NCBI RefSeq assembly: GCF_009914755.1
Contig: NC_060934.1
Length of the DNA stretch: 64,000 bases
Origin: the human T2T-CHM13v2.0 reference genome, Homo sapiens
Strand: one strand, 5' to 3'
Position 1 is the first letter of the stretch, and the number at the start of each line of letters is the position of its first letter. A program made the translations under genes and the position numbers. Below, one piece after another: positions 53,124-64,000 of this stretch. The notes beneath the pieces were generated by a model, which saw nothing but the letters and a program-made list of their open reading frames with translations, had not been told where the DNA came from and did no database searches.

Positions 53124-54596
53124 TTATAGGGAGAAAGCCCCACCCTGGGGAATTTTCCCCCACTGCAGGTCCTGCAGCAGGCGTCACAGACCTTAAAAAA
53201 TGCAGTTCAGCCTTCTCCAGGCCCCCATCAGAAGACGAAAAGCAGCACTCACCCCAGCTATCCACATCAAATGAATACCCACAAAAAAAAATTATAATCA
53301 TCCTAAAAACCACTTCCCAGGGCTAACCAATATCGCTGTTTTCCCAGTGCATTTATGCTGCCTTAAATTGGGGTTACCAATGTAACGCAACACAGTGTCC
53401 TGCTCAGGAAATGCAATCTCCTCACACATGACTGTCCAGTGGAAGGCTCAGACTGCCCAGGTCCCAGGGATCTCTCCTCTGTCTGAGGCCACTACACTTA
53501 CTCTAAGAGTGCAGGCTCGGCTTGGCTCATTTCTAATCATTTCCTTCCACCCTAAGCAACTTGAGGGCAAGGCATGTGGCTTCTTCCAGATGTCCATAGC
53601 TTGCTGGCATGCAGGAGATACTCTGTAATGAATTATTAACTCTCTTTTTTTTTTTGAGACGAAGTCTCACTCTGTCACCAAGACTGAAGTGGAATGGCGT
53701 GATCCCAGCTCACTGCAACCTCTGTCTCCCGGGTTCAAGCAATTCTCCTGCCGCAGCCTACCTAATTAGCTGGGATTACAGGCAAGCCCAGCTAATTTTG
53801 TATTTTTAGTAGAGACAGGGTTTTACCTTGTTGGCCAGGCTGGTCTCGAACTCCTGACCTCAAATGATCCACCTGCCTCAGCCTCCCAAAGTGCTGGGAT
53901 TACAGGCGTGAGCCACTGTGCCCAGCCTAGAATCACTAATTCTCTAACAACAGCTTCATTCATACAGCCAAGGAAACACAGTGAGTTTCCTGTGATGACA
54001 TGCCCACCATCATCAAATGCTACTGAGTCTAAGGTGGGAGGACGTGGTCCCCATGGTGCAATTGCAAGGCTCATGTGAGTTCAGAATTTGAGCGTTAGAC
54101 CACACAGCTGAGAATGTATTTTGTCAGACTGGCTCTGCCACACAGCGATACAACTGTGGCTAGTGTTTAATAGACACTTGACCTGCACTGCCTCACTCAA
54201 TACTCACAACATTCCCAGGAAGGAACGATTATTTTCTCATCTTAAAGACAATGGAGCTGGGGTTCAGGGAGATTTAAGGGAGCCATTCAAGGTCACACAG
54301 TTAGCAAGTAGAAAAGCTGGACTCCAAGTGGCGTGACCCCCAGGGCCCTCGCTCTGAACGGCCTTACTATGTGGCCTACGCCATAAAGCTGAGTGCAGGA
54401 AGTGCTTTGTCAGGGAGTGACAGCAGAGCTCCACAGAGCCTTTGGGACATGAGTTCTCACTGACAGATCAAGGAATCACACGGTGATCGGAACGCTGAAG
54501 GTCACGGTCAAGGTTGGGGAGGTCCCGAGTGTTCTCTGATGCTGCTGGGGGATGCAAGGTGGGGGCGACAGCAAGGTCATGATCCACCTGCCCTCA

Positions 54597-54887
<291 letters not shown>

Positions 54888-55090
54888 CTAAAGAGAGTCC
54901 ACCCAAGAGCATGAGCACCAGGCCTCCTCACCTTCCCACCTGCCCTGGGCCCTCCAGTCCCCTCCCTACCCAGGTCCTCGGAACTCTCAGCTGAGATTTA
55001 GCTCTCCCCAGGCCTTCTGCCCTCAGCCCTTGGTCCCAGGCACAGGCGAGGCTAAGGTTCCATCGCAACCTGCACGTGGAAGTTACATAC

Positions 55091-55149
55091 CCTCATGGCC
55101 TTGTTGAGCCTCTCCGCAAAGAAGGCTGGGGTATTCTTGAGACATTTCA
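55091..55149 (-). CDS. ANXA11: ANXA11 coding exon ([20 protein letters not shown])
   Basis: FFAERL annexin motif; CTAG acceptor, AGG|GTATGT donor; 59 nt. Confidence 0.96.
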
Positions 55150-55927
55150 CTAGAAGAGAGAAACTCGGCATAACCAGATCTGCAGAAAATTCTCAGCCCA
55201 AGCAGGGCATGGAGTCTACAAGTGTCCTCTTAGAGGCCCAGATGTCAAACCCATCACTGCATCCATCTTTTCTCCTCCTCCTTCTGTTCCAGGCTCAACT
55301 ATCCCATGATCTTGGCTCCAGCTATTTGGAACAGAAACACGCAAAGCCTGGAAACCAACCCACCCTCTTTCCTGGCAACCACTGCGGTGAAAGGACCAAG
55401 AGTCAGAGGGGCGGGGGTCTTAGTGGGGCTAGGAGCTACACAGGGAAGCAATGTGGATGGTGATGAGGAACTGTGCTGCTGCTCAGGCAGGAGGGGCAGA
55501 CTGGAGAGGCCATGACCGTCATGGAGAAACCGTGGCTGAGTGGAATGTGCATCTCCCTAGGCTTCCCAGGCCACGAGACCTACTATGGGGGACAGGCAGG
55601 GAAATGAGGATTTTCCATCTCTCCCATCCAGAAAGCTCCAAAAAAAGCATAATGAAAAAAGGGGCAGACTGATTTTCCCAAGTGAGTAGAAAGAGGGGTT
55701 GTGAGGGCCTCAGGGCAGGGACCCAACTCTGCACAGTGGGAGGGCCCTGCTAGAGGACATGGGCAATGTAAGAGGCACACCACCATCCTGGAGCCAAGCC
55801 AGCTTTCCTCAGCATGGGCCTGTTTCGCTGCTGCAAGTAAAAATCTTTCCACGTGTTTCCATCACAAACATCTGACAACTGCCTGCAGGGATGTATTTTT
55901 AGAGGAAACGTGGCAGGATATGAGTCA

Positions 55928-56338
<411 letters not shown>

Positions 56339-56341
56339 TTA

Positions 56342-56718
56342 TATTATGAACTGAAATGTGTCTCCCCAAAGTTCATATGTGGAAGTCCCAACTCCCAGGA
56401 CTTCAGAATATAACCGTGTTTGGAGATAAGATCTTTAAAGAGGTAATTAAGTTAAAACATGCTGCTAGGGTGTACCCTAATCCAATTCGCCTGGTCTCCT
56501 TAGAAGAAGAGAAGATTAGGACACACACAGAGATCCCAGGGATGTGCACATGCAGAGGAAAGACCATGTGAGCACAGTGATTGTCACGAAGAGGCCACGG
56601 GAGAAACCGGCACCCCACTCTTGGATATCTGGCCTTCAAAACTGTAACAAAATGAGTATCTGCTGCTTAAGCCACCCAGTCTGTGGTATTTTGTCATGGC
56701 AGCATGAGCAGACTAACA
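56342..56718 (+). mobile_element. MLT1 (MaLR) solo LTR in an ANXA11 intron
   Basis: MLT1A/B-like start TATTATGAACTGAAATGTGTCTCCCC and end AAGCCACCCAGTCTGTGGTATTTTGTCATGGCAGC. Confidence 0.8.
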
Positions 56719-59058
56719 GAGGACTCACATGAGGTGGCCTCTGCCCCAAAATCTCCCACCTGCCACTCTGCTCCCACACCCTGCACGTCCCCAGGCCTGC
56801 TAGCGCTCAAGGAAGTCAGAGTCTTCGTCACAAGTTACATGCACCACCTGATGTCCCTCCCTGTGTGGTCCCTTTCTCAGGACTGCCAATCTGCTTAACC
56901 AAATCGCACCTTAATACCCCTCCAGGGCCCACTCCCATGTACTCCAAGACAGTGTCCCCTCTTCTCAAATCCTCCACACCTCCAGTCTCTGCCATTCCTT
57001 GGCTTTATTCATGCATCCATCTGTCTTCCTCAGCCTGCCTGTGAGCTGAGGCCCAGCCTGCCCCAGCCAGCCTGGCTTCTTGCTGCTCACCTCGACCTAG
57101 GACACGCTAAGCACCCACAGGAGTGGATGGCTGGCTCCTAGAGAGACAGGTGGCATGATGGAGACCTTGGTCCTGACTCCAGTTCTGACCCAGGACATAA
57201 AACTCTCCTTCCCCAGCCTGAGTCTCAGCTACCATTTGCATTTTAAAGTTGTGATTTCTGCTCTGTGTGTATCTGTCTCAATTAATATCTTCTTCCAATC
57301 AGCTACTCTTTTCTCCTAAGTAATAATGTTTGTGAAGCCATGGGCTTGATGCACTACTTACATGTTCTGTACTCATTAAAAGAAATAATGATTAAGATGA
57401 AAATGCTTTCACTCAGGCTCCATTACAGGATAGTGCAGAGGTTAAAAAGTGTGCTCTGGGGTCGGGTGGTCTGGGTTCAAATCCCAGCTCAGCTGTTACT
57501 AGCTGTGCACCCCTACTTCCTCTACCACCCTGTGCCTGCTTTCACAGCTGCGAATGGGGAGAGCCACAGCGCCTGTCTCTGTGTGCAGCACAGAGCGGTC
57601 GCTGGGTTTTCACCCTCACTGCCCACTGGAGCAGCCCTGGCCACAGCCCACCAGTTGCTCCGTGTGGTCACCATCCTCAGTCCTTGCCTGCCACCTCACA
57701 CTGGCCTCCAGGACCCCCTTCCTCTGCGTCCTCCTCCCTCCCTAGCTGCTCCTTCTTAGTCTCCTCACACCGGTGGGCTCCCCACAGTCTCCCTCCTGAG
57801 GGGACCTCCTGCAGTCCCAGAGCCTCAGATAACTTCAACTACCCATAGCTCCCTTACCTTCCACAACCAGGCCAGACCTCTCCTGACCTCCACACTCAGC
57901 AACCCAGCAGCCTCCCTGCAGCTCCACCCTACAGGCACCTAAAGCCAGCTCCACCTACAGTCCCCCTGTCTCAGTTGAGGGCCATTCTCCCACTGCTTGG
58001 CCTAAAGAAACCCTGTATAATCCTCGAACCCTCTCTCTCCCACACGTCACGTGTCCAATTCATCAGCAAACATGGCCGGAACCTGACACCTCCTCACCAC
58101 AAGCCCCTATTACCACCATTCCTCCCCGGGTCCCTGCAGCAGCCTCCCGACAGGCTTCGCTGCTTGGCCTTGCACCCTTCACTCCATTCTCGGCACCACA
58201 GCCAGGGATTCTGCACAGCCTCCTCTGCTCAGGGCCCTCCACTGGCTTCCTCTTTTGCTCAGGATAAATACCCAGCTCCGGGAAGTCATCAGCAGGGCCC
58301 TCTCCCCTCTCTGCCCTCACCTCCCACTCCTCTTGCTCACTCCACCTGCTCCACATGGTCCCCCTTCACTGTTCTCAGTCGTGCTGGGAGCCCCAGGCAG
58401 GCCTCTGCCCCTGCATCTCCCTTTAGGTTTTTAAATCAAATGTCACGACCTCAGTGGGGACTGGCCCAAGCACCTCCCGGTGGACCCTACCATCACTCCC
58501 TACCTGTTTCCAGCTTGATTTTCCTCTACAGGATTTCCCATCTGATACAGATTTTATTTCATTGTTGTTTACTGTCTGTCTCCCCAAATGAGAAAGTGCA
58601 GCCCATGGAACACACTCTGCAGTGCCCTGCCCCCCACCGTGGCCCCACACCTGCTCCACCACCTGACAGACTGACCCATGCGGGAGCGCGATTTACATCT
58701 GTTGAATGAATGAGTAAATGAATGGCACCCAGTTTTATTGTTATGACTGTTTCTTATGCCAGGCTTTGGAAAACACTGGATTGGGTGCTCCCGAAGGACC
58801 CTCCCAACTCTGACGTTCCACATTCCCACGTACAAAGACACCAGGTTTCTACACCGGTAGAACCTCCAGAACTGGATGTTTGCCAGAACTCAGGAAACCC
58901 TCTGACAGTGTCTTTTAAATCCCCACCAGGGGGCTCTTTTGAGGAGGCGAAAGCCCCACGCAGGGAGGAACGACCAAGTGTTCCCATAGCTTTGTTTCCC
59001 CACAATCCCCTGACTGCCCTCATCTAACTGGCCTCTGAGGGACCCCAGCCTGCCTTAC

Positions 59059-59152
59059 CTGCTACCAGGTGGGCCCGGCTCCGGGAGCACAGAACCGCAT
59101 TGAACTTGGACTCGTCTGTTCCCAGGCGGTTCTCCCCGGCCGCATACAGCTC
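59059..59152 (-). CDS. ANXA11: ANXA11 coding exon ([31 protein letters not shown])
   Basis: Annexin repeat 3 GTDE motif; CTCCAG acceptor, G|GTAAGG donor; 94 nt. Confidence 0.97.
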
Positions 59153-60471
59153 CTGGAGAGAGAGGAAGACGCACATGTGGCACAGGCCACACCCAGACCC
59201 CAGGCCCAGGTCACCCAGGAGAGCCTGGTAAACTTCTGAAGGTTTGAGCCTAAAGTATTTGCCAATTTGCAACCTCTGAACTAGATGGCCTCTAAAGTGC
59301 CTGCTAGGCCTCAGGTAGCAGCCCTGAAAAAGAGCAGAAAGCAGCAATCAGGGGCTGAGATCCCACAGGTCAAGATGAGGCCAAAGCAGCTCTGGACTGA
59401 GAAGGCAGAGCATGAGACAATTTTTGCCCCGCTAAAAGTGGCATGCAAAACTCTCGCTGGAGCAAAAGCCAGAGCCCTGAGCCCCAGGCGTGTCCAGCCC
59501 TGACTCCCAGAATGGGAATGGATGTTACCAGCCAGAGAGACACTGAATAAGGCAGACCCTGCAGGAGCAGCAGGTCTGAGACCAGGGCAGAGGCAAGTGC
59601 TGACTGGGCACAGAAGACCGAGCCAGGAGTATAGGCCCTTGTCCGGGCTCTGCTTCTAGCTTTCAGTTGGGAACAGTGCTCAACCTTTTTGAGCCTCAGT
59701 TTCCTCCTCCGGAAAAGGAGGACCAGCAAAAGGACCAGACCAGAGGAGTAGCTCTCCTCCAGCCCTAACAAGGGGGCATTCCTTGAGGTCTCATTCCAAT
59801 CCCGCAGATGGTAGAGATAATTTAGACCACTGGCAGCTCCTGGTGAATGCCCTGCCGTGGATGACAAGAGCAGTGAAGGGAGACAGAGAGGTATGGCCAA
59901 CTCCACCCCACCAGGAAGTAATGGCTCTGCCCTGCCATAATACTACGGTTGAAATTCATTAGTGGGAAACCCAAACTTTTCGAGAGAGTAGCTCAGATGC
60001 CTGGACTTTGCTTGGACTTTTCCCCTTTTGTCTGCAACTCACAAGAGGGACAACGACAGAATTCTAAGGGTGCTCAACTAATGTGGCAGCTGGTTTCTAG
60101 GCTCAAATCCTCAAAAACTTAATAAGCAAGTGCAAATTTTGCCCCTTTGCAAACATAATGCTATGTGCAACTAAACATGGGGAAAGTACGCTGTCACACA
60201 AAATCCCACGTCCAAAACCATGATCTATCAACTATCGAAATACTAATTATCTCACATGTTCCCTCCTATAGGTGGGGAAGCTGAAGCCCTGGAGGTCAGA
60301 TTACCTGTTCTAGGTCATACAGTTGAACAGTTCAGCGCGTCTGAAACTCACAGCATCTGCAACCCACTGCTTATCTATTGTTCTTTCCACCCTAGGGTAC
60401 CTCTCTCAGGAAGCAAGAAAGCGGGGTGCATCCCTGCTTTAGGAAGTCCAGGGGCTTGGCCATCACACTCA

Positions 60472-60978
<507 letters not shown>

Positions 60979-60985
60979 TTAGTCA

Positions 60986-61423
<438 letters not shown>

Positions 61424-62896
61424 TCAGCTCTTCTCCACAGCCCGGGCAAGCACAATGACAGTGGCAGTGGTGATGAGTAGGGCTCACACAAAGGGGCATC
61501 CCCATGGATCAGAAAACTGAGCATCAGAGAGGGGTACTGGCTGGTCCGAGGCCACACAGTAAATGGTTGGGTTAAAATGTGGACCGAGGCCTGCTTTATT
61601 CAGAGTTCAGCCAGAAGCGAGATGACAACAACTGAAAAAAATGGGTAAAAAGCAAGAGAGATCCAAGTGGACATACGAAACCCTGGTCCTAGAGGGGATG
61701 GTGGAATGTCTGAAAACAACTAGGAAAAGGTAGGAACAACAAGGATGAATCGGACAACCACGCCAGGGACAGTAAGACCATAGAGGACAGGCTGGGCAGC
61801 CTGGCTTGTATGTTGGTTTGAATCCTGGCTCTGCAGCTTACCAGCTGTGTGACCTCGGGCACATTACTTAACCTCTCTGTGCTTCCAGTTCCTTGTCTGT
61901 AAGATGGGAGTGATACTAGGACCTACCTCACAGGAAAGTCATGAGGATTAAGTGAGTTAATGTACGTAGAGCACTTAGGGCCTGTCAGGCAGGACGTGCG
62001 ACATTGTGTCAGCTGTTTCCTGCTACAGCTACTATTGGGTTACTACACGTTAGCCCCTCACCCAGTATTCCCAGCATGTCCTGAGACAGCATCCACTGTC
62101 CCCATTTCACAGGTGCTCAAGGACACACAGCTGGTGAGTGACAGCTGCCCCAAACCTGTGTGGTTTCTAACACTCCACAACCACCAGCTCATGACTCTGG
62201 CTGAAGACGGGGGCCAGGGAGATGTCTGGGTCCACTCCCTGGGGCCCCGGGCCATCGCCCTGCCTGATGGCCTCCTGACCCCCTCCCTAGAATAACACAT
62301 GTAGATGTGTTTCAGCGGAGACCCCTCTCCTTTCCAGGCCACCACACTGAAGTCTCTGCTTCTCCTGAAGGAGGGAACATTCACTGTGCTTATCAGGCCT
62401 CTGAGTGACAGGCTCCTTCTGGGCTCCAGCCTGACTCATGGGATTCCCTTTCCAAGGGAGCTGCCTGCCCCTGCCTGCAGGGTGCACACAGAGCTGTGGG
62501 ACTGCACAGAATGGACAGGACCCAACCCTCAGTCAAAACCCGCAGGACTGGAGGGAACAGTGAGTCCAAGCCGGGCCCGTCAGAACCTGCCCGTTTGGAG
62601 ACCCTGCTGGTCTCTTCTGGAGCTGGGTCTCATAGTTATGCGGAGAGTGGTCGACAGGCCCCCTCTCCCACCCCACATGAAGCAGCCATGGTAGGAGAAG
62701 CACAGAAACTGACAGAAAAGCGGGCGCTCAGGAGAGACAGAGACCAGAGAGACGTCTGGCCTGGGCCCTCTTTACCCACATGACTGATTCTCCACTTTTG
62801 TTGTTCTTAAACCGAAGTGTGTTTCTGTCATTTGCTAGTAACAGAGTCCTAAAGAATGAGAACGATACCAACCATGGCCTCCTACCCCTCTTCTTA

Positions 62897-63331
<435 letters not shown>

Positions 63332-63409
63332 TCAAACAAACAACCAACAAAAAAAAAAACAAGTCTATTTAAAAAATCCACAGGAAGTGACTAATAAGAG
63401 CCATATCCC

Positions 63410-63560
63410 AGATTTGAGGAACAGCAGCATGGACATCCCCCAGGGGCCTGAGAGAAAAGCCTGCTCTCAGCCCTGCCCCAAACCTCCCAAATCAGAGACC
63501 ACATTTTACCAAGATGCCCAGGGGATCGGTGACACAATGAAGTTTGAGAAGCACTGGGCT
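63410..63560. mobile_element. MER5-type hAT-Charlie MITE (similar remnants at about 42330-42460 and 48950-49080)
   Basis: Terminal AAGTTTGAGAAGCACTGG and CATTTTACCAAGATGCCCAGGGGAT motifs. Confidence 0.6.
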
Positions 63561-64000
63561 AGAACACGAATCTAATCAATATTTACCGAATTTTTATCTT
63601 TCTAAGATTCAAAACCCCAGAAGTTCAAAATATGCTCATACACGCCCCTCGTACTTGGGCAGCACTCACAGCCTTTCCCTGCAAAGCTCTTACATCAGCT
63701 AAACTCCCCAGGGTGGTCATGAAGAGGGCAGGGGAAGGAAAATGATGTGGCCACAACCTCAGTGAGATGTGGCAGAGCAAGGGCTAGAACCCAGGGATAG
63801 ATGTCTGGAGCCTCTCAGCAAACCTCAGCACCCGGTGGCATCCTTCACCTCCCAACGATGCCACCAGCTGGATGGGCAGAAGGAAATGCCCTCCTGCTCC
63901 TTACTGTCCATCCGGGAGATCCGGGCCCACCCAAGGAAAAGCAGGGGAGAGCAGGGCTGTGCTGAGCCCAGGACACGCCTCACTGTCCCGCGCCCCCACC

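Noticed and set aside
57975-58709. 244-aa antisense ORF inside an ANXA11 intron
   Set aside because: Pro/Ser-rich translation of C-rich, L2-like remnant sequence with a non-ATG start

Overview
This is human-type, Alu-dense genomic DNA, recognisable from the encoded proteins as the PLAC9-ANXA11 locus (10q22.3). It is not prokaryotic, and almost all entries in the ORF track are Alu/L1 or chance ORFs. Real genes: (1) complete PLAC9 on + (4 coding exons, 97 aa, CpG-island promoter at about 29.5-30.0 kb, AATAAA at 42135); (2) the last 9 coding exons of ANXA11 on - (257 aa plus stop, all junctions GT-AG and in phase), convergent with PLAC9, with a candidate 3'UTR of up to about 5 kb. Also present: a processed RPL22 pseudogene with a TSD, a defective HERV-K (HERVK14/LTR14-like) provirus lacking its 5' LTR, an LTR18-like solo LTR, MLT1, MER44, MER5, L1 fragments and roughly 50 Alus. 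I found no new stand-alone gene system. The best leads are: a mosaic provirus interior (scrambled pol micro-fragments, a second compressed HML pol/env leader, and a class-I/MER41-like PPT+U3 piece); a (UG)n/Z-DNA tract starting at the donor of an in-frame ANXA11 exon (candidate TDP-43 control); a PLAC9 exon structure in which skip isoforms use all three frames of the last exon and would escape NMD; an LTR-donated polyA signal for ANXA11; and a 215-bp local templated duplication. Repeat family names are from recognition, not a database search, and repeat boundaries are approximate.
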